A DNA stretch of 63,771 nt, filler included, from Intoshia linei (GCA_001642005.1; 6 parts of 6 records of this genome joined end to end with filler, not necessarily neighbours in it); one strand, 5' to 3'. Counted from the first letter of the whole stretch, positions 12,941 to 26,976 are shown. The notes: generated by a model not told the origin, from the letters alone. Numbers and translations: made by a program.

Positions 12941-13081
12941 AATGATTGTTGGATTTAATTTCAAGTTATATTTTTAGAAACCCACTAGAAAATCAAATAT
13001 AATAAATTATCTCACATTTGAATAATTGTATATTAAATTGTTTCTATATTTATTAATACATACAAAAAACTAATAATTTGT

Positions 13082-16000
13082 CTACTTTTTTGTATGGTTG
13101 GTTGGTTTAAAATGCATTTCAACATATTTTTTTTTGAATATTTTTAGCCTAAATAAAAAAATGGTTAAATTTAAAAATCTATCAATTCTACCTCATTAAA
13201 ATGAATTTTAATGTTTTCAGCTCTTAAATCAGAAGACGGGTGTGTGGAAAGATGGGACATTTCTTTCATATTATCATCAAAATTAAACCAAAAATGTTGA
13301 TTGTTTTTTATATTCATGCAAGCCTATAATAATATAAATTATTCACATTTATAGGATAAAACCTTTGCCATTAATAAGAGACCAACATAATCTGCTTCAA
13401 GTTCCATCATTCGACTGTAAGGTAATGAAAGAATCTGGATATAAATTATATATCTAAACGTACTTGAGTATTAAAAACCTTGGTAAAGTGATTAGCAATA
13501 TACTCTCCAAAACCGGAAAACATGTCAGTCGGAAGAATAAGCCAGATGGTAGCTGAGATGATTATTAATAAAACGTCCATTATATGGCTCATGCTAATTT
13601 TTTCGCTCTAATATTAATCTATTAAATTTTAATATAAAATCATACAATATATTGATTTCATTACGTCTCAAATGACATTTGAATATTTTTTTAATAAATA
13701 TTTAAAAAGTGGGTTTTTTATTTTAGAGTATCTCATAGATTCATCGATTTTGAATTTTTTTAATCTGACAAACGTTGTATCAAGAGTCTTCAACGGAGCA
13801 GTATCGCCCTGGAACGTTTTGAGATTTTTAGGCGATAAAAATAATAATTTTATTCATTTTAATAAATTAAAAAATATTCTAAAAAGCGAATTTTATCATT
13901 TTTCAAATTTATATTAATAATAATTAAATTATTATAAAATAAAATTTGAGCAGATTAATGAACGACATAATTGTTCGTTTTAAAGATATTATTTAAATAG
14001 AAATAGAAACCTGAATAATCAATCCATTTGTTACTGATATAACTCAAACTGCAGTGAAATATTAATAAACATTGTTTGTATTAAAAAATGAAAATAAAAA
14101 GAAGTTAATAAATCAAAATGTGGCAAAGATGTTCAATGCCAAATTTATATGTAAAACGTGAAATAAAATAGAATTGTTAATTGTAGCATTCCCTTCAACA
14201 ACCCCGTAGAATCTGCTTTTAGTTCAACTGTAATATTATAACTAAGTAGATAAACAGATTAAATATTGTTAATCGAGTAAACCTGTGATTAAATCAAGGC
14301 CAATTTGAAACAAGATGTAAAAAAATGGACAATTTTGTACTATGTAATTGAGGCCATCAAAAAGTTACATATTCAATTTTAAATTGTACTTTTTATCCAT
14401 GGATACAGTATAATTTTTTGTTTAGGGAGGTTCGCCTAAAATTTGGTAGGGTTTTTAAGGGAAATTTTTTTCACCTAATTTTTAAAGATTTTGTAGATCT
14501 CCTAAAATGTTAAAAATATTCCATTTAAAACCTTAAAAACCCTTCTAAATTTTACTCCAAAACTTATCTTGAAAATACTTTAAAAATGATAGAAAAAATA
14601 TGGTCCCTTAAAACTTAAAATTTTTTCACAATTATCTTTAAAATCTTTAAAAATTGGGTGAAAAAAATTTTCTCTTGAAGAAACTCCCCAAAATTAAATA
14701 TTCGTAAGTAATATTAGCTAAGTCGATGATTATGTCGCTCAAATAAAATAAAAAACCATATAGAAATTTACGACGACTTCTGAAAAAGTATCACATTTTG
14801 AAAATTAAATTTTAATAAATACAGTACTATCCGAGCGCCGGTTTTTTAGAAATAACTTTTCGATTTTTAGAGATTTTTTTTGATTTGGAAAATATGATTT
14901 ATGGAATGATTAAAAAAATATTTACTATATACATTTATTAATTTTAATAACAAAAACTTAATTAATCACCTCCTTACACTAACTATAAGTTAAAGTTAAC
15001 TAAAAAATAAATTTTATATTAATTAAGCGTTTAAACTTTAGTATAAAAAAATCCAAATGCTAATAATTTTAAGATTGGATATCAAAAATTTTGCATAAAA
15101 TCCCATTTTGATATTTTCTAATAAAAATTTAATGTAACATTAACCACATTTCAAATTTGGTAAATAATGCAATTTTACCATGAAACTCACTTTTTTATAT
15201 TGGGTATTAAAGAATTCCCTAAAAGCAGTTTAAATTATAGCATTAAAACTAGTACTGCAATCAATCAAAAGATAAATTTCAAGATTTATCGATAAACGTT
15301 TTTAAATAAACATCTTACATCAATTAATTAAATAATTTTGAGAAAAATCGAATTTTCCCAACTCTTTACAGAAAACTTCATTCAAAGCAGAGTAATATAA
15401 ATTATTATAATGTACGTTAATGTTAGTTTACACTTAAAATTAATTAAAATTCTTAATCGATAAATTTGATTTTTATCGATTTTCACCCTTAATTAAACCC
15501 TTTTCAATTAGTCAAATAATATAACTAAAAAATCCTTTCTGAAACCCTATTCAAATTAGATTAAAAAAAATTTATAAACCCCCTTTAACCCAAATCGCAA
15601 AAATATCCAGAGACATGTATTTAAAAATGACTATTTTTTGGTGCGTCACAACAAAAGTTTGGTGACCCGTTTTATACAAAAACTCGGAAAATCTCGTGTT
15701 TAATTAAATTTATAATTATTAAATATATTAAATTTACCCCGTGTTTTAAAATTATATGAGCCATTTCATGAGCTAAAATAATGGCTAAATCATTATCATT
15801 TTGACATTTATCGAGTATTCCAGTATAAACTAAAATTGTACCGCACTAAATAGATATAATACCGACAATATGACAAATAATACCGGCATAGATATTGCAT
15901 TAACTTGATTACTATTAATAACAATAACATCGATATATGGTCGTCTTTTGTCAAAAAGAGATCGATTATTGCGGACCAAATTTGAAACAATGGAATTAAT

Positions 16001-17269
16001 CAACTTGTATATTCGATGCGATTTAGGAAGAATTGTAGAAAATTGTTCTTTATATATCTACTTTTAAAAATTAATTAAACTTGCAATACGCTTCACCACA
16101 ATGCATTGTGGTAAAAAGTTGAACAACCTACACCGTTGTATATATCAGTTCAGTTTAAATAAATATAATGTAGAATAGAAAGAAATTTTTTTCAAAACAA
16201 TACAAAAAAAGTGGATCTAAACAGAGGCTCGCTTTCGGGATTCTTGTATTTGGGAATTTCTGTATCATTTCTCAATGGTGACCTTATTTCTCCAAAATTA
16301 AATTGAAATTTTCTTTTTATTTTTTAATATAACTGCTTTATGTGTCAAATGTAAACCGTAAAGTCCTGACCCGGTGTCTAAGGATATATGACATCCATCA
16401 TTTGCGAAAAATTTCTTAGGGAACTATTTTTGATTTTCAATGTTAGTAGGTTCGGCTCTGCCTCTAAACGAAGATTGAGATTACGACCCCTGCCATATAA
16501 ATACACATGTATAAATAAATACCTGTTTGACTTGAATTTGAGAAATTTCATGAATATGTTCATTACTAAAAGCTAAAAATCGTTTTCGGTTGGTTATCAG
16601 AGTTTTTTCGAGATTAGAATAGTAATAAACAACTATGAGGAAAAAAGGCAAAATTATATAACTGATCAAAATCTTATTCAAATATTCATATCTGCCTTTC
16701 AAAATTGAATAGTTTTTACGGATAAACCTATTTAATATACAATGAATACATTTAATTGAAATAACCAGAACCGAACGTACCAATCTCGAAGTCACCCGAA
16801 AATGAAAATTTAAAAATTTAACTTCCAATTTTTTTTTGAAACGATGCAGTGTCATATGGTCCCTAGTCACCTATACAAAACTCTTGGTGCGACATTTTAA
16901 ATTAATTTTTAATATAATTTTTTAAGACTTAATTTGCAAAAACAGGCCTACTTTTTTCCAAATTTCGTCGAGGCTTCTGAAGAAGGTCTCGGATACGATA
17001 AGTTCGGCACTGAAAACGACAACATTCATCTACCTCGATAAAACAACGACAGTTATCCGTGCAACGTTTTTAATCAAAAATAAACCTACTGGTCCAATAG
17101 GAGCAATATATTTGGTGTTTGTTGTATGAAAATTAACCGTTTTATAATTTATTAACTTGAATTTACATAGTCCTCCATTAATCCTTGAATTTAAAAATTT
17201 AGATTCATGCAAAAATCTCTTTGATACAACACTTTTCCATAAATTGACTCTACTCAAGATGAATTTCAT
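13082..17269 (-). CDS. OMA1: Mitochondrial metalloendopeptidase OMA1 (peptidase M48), complete, 8 exons
   Basis: MKFILSRV...FHTT..IAPIG..ARITVVVLSR|...SNLEKTLITNRKRF|...QVNAISMP|CGTILVYTGIL...AIILAHEMAHIILKHG (HExxH)|SEKIS...|LPYSRMMELEADYVGLLLMAK|AC...LSTHPSSDLR|...TKK*. Confidence 0.95.
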
Positions 17270-17309
17270 TCCAAAATTAACATAATTTTATTGATATATG
17301 GTAGTATCA

Positions 17310-18004
17310 ATGAATCATTTTTATTTTGGTAAATCAAATGAAAGTTTATCTACAAAACTGAAATTTAAAACTTGCACATATTCTACCACCAATTGCAATT
17401 ATGTTTCCATTTATACTGACGATAAATATGTACCAAATATTTTATATTGATATAGTTTTATAAAATTTTATTTTAGATCATTCATTCCTCACTCGAAATT
17501 TCTTTATATGATACTGGAGTTTTAATTAAAAACCATGAAAAGGTTTTTTATTAATTTTTTTGAATATTTTATTTGGTTAAGTTTGGTATAAGTGACATAC
17601 AATTGTATTGTATTTTTTTGTGAAAAATTTTGCGTGTTAATCAAAATAACCAATATTTTATAAAAGATGTAAATTAGTGAAAACTTGTATAGAAAAATAT
17701 TTAGAATTTGGAGTATGCCATTAAATATGATTCCATCAATGAAATTTCAACTAAAAAATCAACATTACTTAGCAGGTAGTTGTATTAAAGTTAATCTATT
17801 TTGATTTACATTAATTTTATATTTAGACCAATATTAACTATCTACTTTCCTAGTCCAAATGGAGAAAACAAACTAAAATTTCATATTGGTGATGATTCTA
17901 CAATGAAAATGGTATTTAAAATATTTTTTGGAAATAATTTAACATTATAGATGCATAAACAATTGACTTTTGCCATAGAAAAATCAAAATTCTATCAAAA
18001 CATA
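17310..18004 (+). CDS. 5' five exons of a gene with a split PH/GLUE-like N-terminus, probably ESCRT-II subunit VPS36; truncated before the spacer
   Basis: Exons 17310-17429, 17477-17542, 17705-17775, 17827-17911, 17951-18004 splice in frame: MNHFYFG...VSIYTDDKYIIHSSLEISLYDTGVLIKNHEKNLEYAIKYDSINEISTKKSTLLSRPILTIYF...KLKFH...MHKQLTFAIEK. Pattern resembles VPS36 GLUE, but similarity is weak. Confidence 0.55.
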
Positions 18005-18580
18005 GTAAGTTAATCAAATTACAAATGAACTGAAATGACTGGTATTGTGTTTTCAAACTGAGTTGTGATAATATAGTAAAAATTAAGAAAAATGATATAA
18101 ATGTAAAAATACCCTTCTTTTGAAAAAGTAAACAAATTTTTATTTTTAACCGATGAAACTGAGATGCTCTAATACGCATATTTAATTTAAGGTTACTTAT
18201 TTTTTCGTAAACCATATTAATAAAATATACGCCAAATTATTGAAAAATAAGCTAAATTTTTTATTAAAACGCCAAATTCTTCCATCAGACACGCCAAATT
18301 AATCAATACACGCCAATAAAAAAAACGTAATAAAGATCAGAAAAAGGATATTAAAAAATTAAAATGATTACTTATACCCTTTTATATGTATTAAAATTCG
18401 TTTGAATGCTGACATGATTTATACGAATTAATAACTTTATAAATACTAAAAACTTTATTTAATCACATTTCCATTTTCTTNNNNNNNNNNNNNNNNNNNN
18501 NNNNNNNNNNNNNNNNNNNNNNNNTTAATTAATTAANNNNNNNNNNNNNNNNNNNNNNNNNNNNNNNNNNNNNNNNNNNN

Positions 18581-19200
18581 TTTTAACCTTTTCTAAGGAT
18601 GTCTAAAAGAAGAAAATGAAATAACAATTACGTATACTTTGGTTTTACCTGTCGTAATGAGGCAGATGAAACCCGAAAAACCTCAGTGCATTTACTTTTT
18701 AGCGTTTTATGCAATAATAGCATGAAGCCAAGCCGCCTACGTAATCATAAGAATATAAAAAACTCTAACATCATTGACAGTGTTGAAGTTATCGCTCGAA
18801 AAACAAGACTTTTCGATATAGGTGGAACAGTTGATAAATTTATCATTTATTAATATAACAAAATTTTAGAGGCATAATATCATGTTGCTTACATGATTTA
18901 TAAACAAAAAAAGCATCATATCATCGGAAACGTTGATCAAACCCTGTACTCAATTGCAGAGCTTGTACTTGGCGAAAAACAAAAAGGTAACTTAAATCAA
19001 TTCCTTTGTAAAAAAATTAAAAATTTAAAAGTTATCGAAATTAAAGTTATGGATGAACTTCGAAAAAGTGGTAAAATTTAGTTTACTATTTATTGAACGA
19101 ATCTACTGATATGTTTGCAAGATATGTTTTGCATGATGAAATTAAGGAGGAATATCTGTTTTGTGAGGCATTAAATAAAACTACAAGAGAATGATGTATT
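18581..19200 (+). mobile_element. hAT Buster/ZBED5-like transposase remnant
   Basis: YFGFT...KPQC...SMKPSRLRNH (BED-finger region); KKHHIIG; LLNESTD; FARYV...KEEYLFCEAL..TTR; multiple stops. Confidence 0.75.
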
Positions 19201-19621
19201 CGAAATAAATAATATATTGATACCTTAAAATTAATATAAAATATATATTTAATTATTGGCACAATGTAAAAATTAATAATAAAATTAATTTTTACGCATA
19301 TTACATGTTACTGTATGAGCAATAATTTGTTCATAATTTATATTGGTACCGCCTTATTTTGGTTTGTATACAAACCAATGTAAATTTATGAGTGTAGTTT
19401 TTGGTATCTATACATACAATTGTCTCGTAGGGGTTAAAATGATTATAAATAGCGAATTATATTAGAATATGTTTAAAAAGGTATTTAAAAATTGAAAAAT
19501 TTAAAAATACATATGTTACGTTTTTATTCAAAGGGTCACCTAAATTATTCTGTGGGCCACTGGTTACCGACCTTTACCCTAGTATACATGTATCTAGTGC
19601 ATTTTATATACAAATTATTAC

Positions 19622-22600
19622 CTATCACTGTTTCTCTAACAGTAGCCCATTCATTCCTAGGTAAACTGGTAAAATATCCCAAACATTGATCTTTTTCACT
19701 TTCTAGAGCCATGTCGTATATTAAACAAAGTTGGTGGTATACATCATTTTCGGAATGATTATTTACATTTACACCGATCATTATTAAATAAATCTAAACT
19801 ACATGTAATTTCAACGAAAAAAGTTATTATCGTAGTTATATATTAATTTTACATTATTATTTATCATAACGCAAATGTATTCATAAATATCTTCATGGTT
19901 TGAATTTCTGATTTGTCTATCATATGATAACCCTGGTCGTCTATACGTACGAAACAACCATTGATACTGATCCATACATAATGGTTGACCTTTTTCACTG
20001 TGATGGGCGCGGTCAATAGGCATTTCATGGCTAAATTTTTGTATTCAATTTTATTTTATTTATTCATCTTAATAAATATATGGCCCGTTCACGTCAAATT
20101 GTGTGTCAAAAACGTCAAATGAAATAATTAAAGTAAATTTTTGTGCATGAAATTAACTTGATAAACATGAGACTATAATATAGTTTTTTTTGTGCGGTCC
20201 GAGTAATAATTTTTTTTCACATTTGGCCCGCCAAGCAAATTGAGTCTGACACCCCTTGACTATATCCATTACAATAAATTAATTAATTAATTAATTATAA
20301 TTTTTAACTCTGATTAAAGTGAGAAAATCAAATTTATAGATACCAAAATACATTATATTTAACAAACATGTGATTAAAAATTTAATTACGAACCAAGTCT
20401 TAGAATTTTATAAAGTCCACATTTCAATTGCAGTGTTTTCCGAGGGTAATAATAAAATAAATTTCAACCTTCCAAACTCACACCTTACGGGTCAAAAACC
20501 CCAATTGTCCTTTTTTTTGAATTTAAACGAGTTAAAGAATTCAAAAATATATATACGCTGATACGGATTTTAAAATCATAAACATTATCATAAATTTAAA
20601 TTTAAAAAAATATCTTCAGGGCCAAAACCACAAATTACCCTTTTTTTTATAAAAAAAGCCCTAGAATTTAACAATTTTACAGGTTGTGCAGTTGTATCCT
20701 GTTAACACACACAAAAAATTTCAATCTGAATAAGTGACGCTTTCATGGTCAAAAAAGCATTTTAGTTTTTATATATTTTTTTTCAAAATATTTTATTAAA
20801 ACAAAAAATGTGAAATAATTAACTGTCCAAAAATTAAAAGAAAAAATTATTCTGATAGAGCTTATTCCAGTTGATATAAATACAAAAATTTCAACCCAGA
20901 AATCTACGCATTACCGGTGAAAAATATTGCCTGAAATATTTAATTGCCGTTAATTATTGATACATAATTGGTATTTTTAAGAATTTATTAAATTGGTACT
21001 TAATATATATCATCACATTGAAAATGACAAAATAGGTTTTTAAGGTTTTATTTTTAATATTATACACAAATAAATTAAAAAATGGGATAACAATTGTTTT
21101 TAAAATTCTTTACGCAAATGTTAACAAAAAAAATTAATATGGAATAATTCACTTTAAAGTAAAAAGTAATGTGATATGACGGTTCCACCTGAAATAATTT
21201 GGGAACCACTCCTTTAAAGGATTGATAATAGTTAATAGTAGTATTTTTAAGTTAGATTTTCAACATGAATTTATTTTTTTGGTAGAATAAAAATGTGCCC
21301 TCCGCAGAGCTAGGTAATGTTTCTACGTAGTACATAACAGTCAACCTAGTTAGATTATAAAACGATAAATATTATTTATATTATAGTAAATATAATTAAT
21401 GGATACATTTTATTGAAAGAATAAAGTAGTTTTATTTTATATTTAGAAAATCACCTATCGATTATATTCTTGTAATCTAACATTCCTGATATTATGCGAG
21501 CAGTATACCTAAAATGTACTTAAAAAACCAAAATTTAGATTAATAAAATTTACAATTAACTTTTAATTTTAGATTATTTATATGTAGTCGTTTATGTGCA
21601 GTAGAAGTGGAATAATAACATTTGAATATTTTTTGACAGAAATAAAAAAAATTTTAAAAAAATTGCTGTAACTTTTATTAAAAGTTTTTTAGTAGATATT
21701 TTGTTTTTAACACAAATGCTAATTAAAATGCACCAATATAATTAAATTAAAATTTAGATCAATAGCATAATCAGGTATAAATTGAAGATAAATTATTACT
21801 TGATTATAATTAATTTAAAGGTATTTGATCTTTAGTTAATTAATCTCGGTTGTTTTATCTTTTGTCAGTAAAACATTCTGAACGTAGTAAAATGCAATTT
21901 TTCTTAGTTTTTGTATATATATTTGTATATATAATCTAAAAATAATCCTGATGTATCAGAACCAGATACGATTCAATGGAAAATATTTTTTTCAGAAGAA
22001 ATAGGAGGAAAATGTAGCTTATAATATAATAAAAAAATCAAACTACTACAACTGCAAAGTAAATAAAAATTACATGTTAACGTACACCAACCTCAAAAAC
22101 ACCGTACTTGATAACCTAAAGATATATTTTTCTTACAATAAAACGACCTAAGATTTTGTGTGCAACTAAATCTATGGACAAAAAAGCCACAACCTTTAAA
22201 ATATGAATTATGGGGAAATATTTGTATAAATAGTTTGAGTAAAATAAATGATAACTTTAAATAGTGCTGTATATCATTGAAATTTTTTCTTTGAAAAATC
22301 ATGCCAGGATTAGAGTTGATACATAATGGCAATCGTGCTGATAGATAGAATTTGTCCAACCACCATTTTGTAACCTATATAAAAGGAATTAATATATATT
22401 TAAAATAAAAATCAACCCAATTTATTTCCTTCTGGGAAAATTGGATAAGACACTTTTGAAGATGTTTTAGATTTTCTTCATTTTCAGCGCATAGTAGTTT
22501 AGTGTGAGTCAATTCTTCTTTAGATACTATTGGTTCAATGCATTTTAAATAATTTTCCAAAGTTTGCTTCAAATTTGGGACAGGTAAATTTTTAGGCTCC

Positions 22601-22718
22601 TAAATCGTATTTATTTGTTATTATTGCACGGTACGTAAGATTCTTCATCGGTGACTGAATACTGATCGAAAGATTGTCGTCTCACACCTTCTATAAATTT
22701 GTAAATCTGTTTATTCAT
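19622..22718 (-). CDS. CHAT: Choline acetyltransferase, 5' six exons (catalytic C-terminal half absent from this contig)
   Basis: MNKQIY...EESY|EPKNLPVPNLKQTLENYLKCIEPIVSKEE...NW|VTKWWLDKFYLSARLPLCINSNPG|YTARIISGMLDYKNIID|HEMPIDRA...GQPLCMDQYQWLFRTYRRPG|...LGYFTSLPRNEWATVR. Lies directly downstream of VAChT on the same strand. Confidence 0.9.
20340..21349 (+). mobile_element. Helitron-like copy inside a ChAT intron
   Basis: Homologous to 7798-8599 in reverse; ends with hairpin + CTAG|T at 21349. Confidence 0.7.
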
Positions 22719-22896
22719 TTTCTTAAATATAATTTAACAAAATTTAAAAAAATTTAATATTCAGTATTAATATATATTATTAACGCTATTAGAATTAATT
22801 TATAGAAATTTTAGTAATAATCAAATTTAACACAATTTATTAAAACAAAATAAATATACTTAATACTAACATAATATAAAGTTTAGTATCTTTTCA

Positions 22897-25800
22897 TTAA
22901 TGTTCATTATCATTTGATATGGCATTATAAGTAGTTTCAATGTTTGGATTATTTATTGAATTTCGACTTGAATTTATTCTAGAACGTGAGTCTCGGTTAA
23001 TACTGTTAAATCGGTTGTATTTATATAGAGAGCGTTTGTTTAGTGTAGTGGGACTATCATCGTTTAGCGGGTTAAGTGTGTCATATAGTTCACTTTTATC
23101 TATCAGACTATCCTGTACATTGAAAACTTCTTCACAGACAATTTCCTTGTCGGTGTCTTCAGTTTCAACAAAATTTTCATATTTATAGACAGTTCTCAAA
23201 ATTCTTAATAATGGAATGTACAATATACACGCAAAAAAAACAGATACACACAAAAACGTAAATCCAAACAAATTGACAATATTTGATGCTACAATTGGCC
23301 CCAATGCATAAGCAATAGAATAAGAAATGTCAGCTATAGCGTATACACTACCATATACAGATACATATCTTGAGTCGACCAAATATCCTAGAGTTGGTAA
23401 TAGAGCTGTGTCGACAAGAGCAATTCCAAAACAGAGTATCATTAAAGGTATTATCACTCCCACAAAATTCGTGCACATTGGTACCAGAATACAGCCTAAT
23501 CCATCCAGGAGTAATCCGATTGCAACTATAATCCATTGTTTTGTAGGGTATCTACTTGCAAATTTCACCGTTAGAAATACTCCAAAAATATGAGGAAAGA
23601 ATGCTGGAAGCCAAACCTAAATTAATTGTATTTTATTTGATCATACTAAATAATTATTAGAATATAATCATAATAATTGTAATTAAATAATTATGATATA
23701 ATCATTATAGCGATTATAACGATACAGTTCAAATACTAGAGAAATTTTTATTTTAAATTTGTATAATTACAAATATTTTTAAGGTCATTATAAAGTCTAA
23801 ATGCTAATTTACTAATCTATTTTTAATTTATTATTCTGTTACTAATATTTTAATATTTATTCGTCAATACATTCAAATTTAATAATACAATTTAATAAAA
23901 TATTATGAAAATAGAAGCACAAAAATTTCTAATTATTTCAGTTTTTTAACTACTAGTTTCTAATTTATGAATATTTATATTCTAATTAGGTTGACTATTT
24001 TGTACTTCGTACAAACAGCACCTAGCTCTGGCGATAGCATAATTTCTTTATTTTCCCAAAAAAATAAAATTTTACATAAAAATGCTACTAGTTCTATGTA
24101 GTGATTGTGATTTCCCGGGAACAATAAAAAATTTTATTTATATATAATATAGAAGCATTAAAAATTTTAGAGACTTTAATTAATTAAAATCATTAACATT
24201 GAATTCACTTTCAGCCTCAAAGACGCATACCTTCCTTGTTAAAATCCAAATGACCGCTTTTTTAAAAATGAAACATGTCCTAAATTTTTGTAAAACATGC
24301 ATTCTGGGATATTTTTTATAATGATTAGTATTATAATAAATGGCAACCTCAAAAAGTGGATTTTCATGGCACCAAAACCCAGATTAACCTTTTTTAAAAA
24401 AATGAAAATGAAAAGTCATAAAATTTTAAAACTATTACAGCTGATCAAGTTGTAATTACTTAACATAGACAAAAAATTTCAATCTAATACCATGACGCCT
24501 TCACGATAAAAAAAGCACTTTACACAAATCAGGACAGAGATTAAACCAAGAACAGAGTGATACTTGAAAGATATATAAAAGGGTAAAGAGTAGACCTCAA
24601 TTGATTTTACATGTATTAATTAATCAAACACTTATTAATGTCATGTTCATTTGTAAATATATGTATTTGAATTTAGAATATTCAAATTGTTTTATATAAA
24701 TTAATACCATATATTTTAAATCCAGATAAAAGTTTCAATTACTTAAATAAAAATTTATTTATTTTTTCTAAAACTAAAAAATGTGATATCAATTTGTATT
24801 ACCCGTGCGCGACAGCTATTAAGGTAGGGGAAATATCTAACCTTTCTCAGATTATTAAAAATTTTTTATCCCATGTATGAGTTTCTCATCATAAATTATA
24901 TAAATGATATTTTTTGATCAAAACACCTATACAAAAAGTCGCTTACAATCTACCCAATAAATCCAATATAAAGATCAATATATAATTAAAAAAATAACAT
25001 TCCATTTAAATTGAAAACAATTTTTTGAAAAAAGTTTCCTTCCATTTAAACCACTAATAATTTGTATTATAATTATTTAATTAATTGTATTGTAAATATA
25101 CTAAAACTATTATATTGATCATTATGGTTGACACAAATGATACAAAATCATTAATAATGATTTTCATAGCGTAAAAAAATCGACCAGTTGAATTGTAAAT
25201 TTAAAATATAAATAAATAATAAAAAAAATAAAAATTTTCAAATTTTCATATAAATCTATACTAGGACTAAACAATAAATCTATATTGTGTCAATATTAAC
25301 AATTTTGTGAACCTATCAATCAAAAAAAAAAATAATTTAATTTAATTATTGATTTATCATTACAGATTTAAGATTTAAATTTTATCAGTCATCTAACCTT
25401 GAGTTTGAATCACATAAATATGATAAATTGTTAGAATCTCATTTTTTTGAATTTTTAAAATTTTTTAGTCCATATTCAATAACTATTTAAAATTTACATC
25501 ATAAATAATAAAAATTTTAATAGTTTTTAAATAATTTTAAATAAATTTAAATAATTAAAAAAAATTACTAAACCAATTGCCCATTCGCTGGCGTTCATCG
25601 TTTTTCGCATCCAAATTGCAATTGTTGGTTCAAGAAATGCCAAACTGATATTTGCCATCACTAAAGCACCGGCACATATTGCAATGTACGGATCAAGAAT
25701 TAAATGATAAATCGGAGTTGCTTTCGGTAGATCGTCAGATATTTGCATAATTTTTCGCTCATCGCGAACAGGTCTCATGACTATAATCAATAAAATTCCG

Positions 25801-25952
25801 TCAAATAAAGCCAACATGGCCAACAGAATAAAGGGAAGTGCTTTTCCGGCAAATTCGAATAAAATGCCTCCGAAAGGTGGTGCAAAAAGCGAACCAAATG
25901 ATATGAAAGCAATTGCTAGCCCCAGTGCCTTTTTTCGTTCATTTTCTTCAGG
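22897..25952 (-). CDS. SLC18A3: Vesicular acetylcholine transporter (SLC18A3/unc-17), 3' part in two exons (25952-25569, 23616-22897); 5' part lost at the spacer
   Basis: [33 protein letters not shown]...[29 protein letters not shown]...|VWLPAFFPH...[44 protein letters not shown] are diagnostic VAChT motifs. Confidence 0.96.
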
Positions 25953-26976
25953 NNNNNNNNNNNNNNNNNNNNNNNNNNNNNNNNNNNNNNNNNNNNTTAA
26001 TTAATTAANNNNNNNNNNNNNNNNNNNNNNNNNNNNNNNNNNNNNNNNNNNNAAATTTTTTTAATAAAAAAAATCTTAAAATCTCCCCTGAAAGTTTTGT
26101 TAAAAATTATTATTAATAATAATTATAATTAATAAGGGATGTTGTTACAAGTGTGAAATCATATTTTTTAACAGTAAAATAATATTTTATACGTGTAACA
26201 ATAATATTAACTGATAAAAAATATACAAACACTAAATTAATTTTATTTTAAAATTAATTTTTCATTGCCTCAAATGTATTTGATATAACCAAGGGACAAT
26301 ATAAACCACTTTAACGAAATCATATACATACGTATATTATGCTATATTAAAAAATACTAAATTATTATTTAAAAAGTTATTAAAACAATCTAATTTTGTC
26401 ACTCATGGCATTGGTTGCGGTAGAATAGACTCTATCTTACCCACCCACCTACTCGTATATGCACCTATTCGTCCACCGTTGAGAACTCCTGATATAGAGA
26501 ATGAATTATTTACATGATAATATACATACATTTATTATTATTATGAATATATTGTGGTATACTAATTTTCAATGATATTGTTCATATAGTAATATTGTCA
26601 AATGTATTAAATTACGAAAAAACTCATTAAATCATGTAAGCCTTAAATTAATTATGAATTCAAAGTAATAAACCATTAACCGTTTAAGGTAATTGCATGA
26701 TACATACAGTTTCAACATTTAAATTGAAAAAATGAAAGATTAATTACAAAACTTGATATATTTGAAATATATCAAATTATAGTATACTCATTCATGTGTT
26801 TTAAAGTAATAATTTTAATAGTATATAAGTAGAGACTATAATTTAAAATTTCATTAATTAAAATTCAAAATAATTTAGCTCAATTATTTTATTTTAAATG
26901 ATTTAATTATTGGAAACAAATTTATATAATTTGTAGCCATTATTTATATCATTTAAAATAAAATGAATGTTTATAG

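Noticed and set aside
16094-16111. Perfect 18-bp palindrome accacaatgcattgtggt resembling a Staf/ZNF143 site, suggesting a nearby Pol III RNA
   Set aside because: No snRNA, RNase P/MRP or tRNA hallmark found; nearby sequence ends in a hAT-like terminus (cgacccctg, ~16492).
22940-23593. Plus-strand ORFs overlapping VAChT (likewise 48107-48394 over RSPH3 and 35677-35877 over kindlin)
   Set aside because: Antisense shadows of real coding exons.
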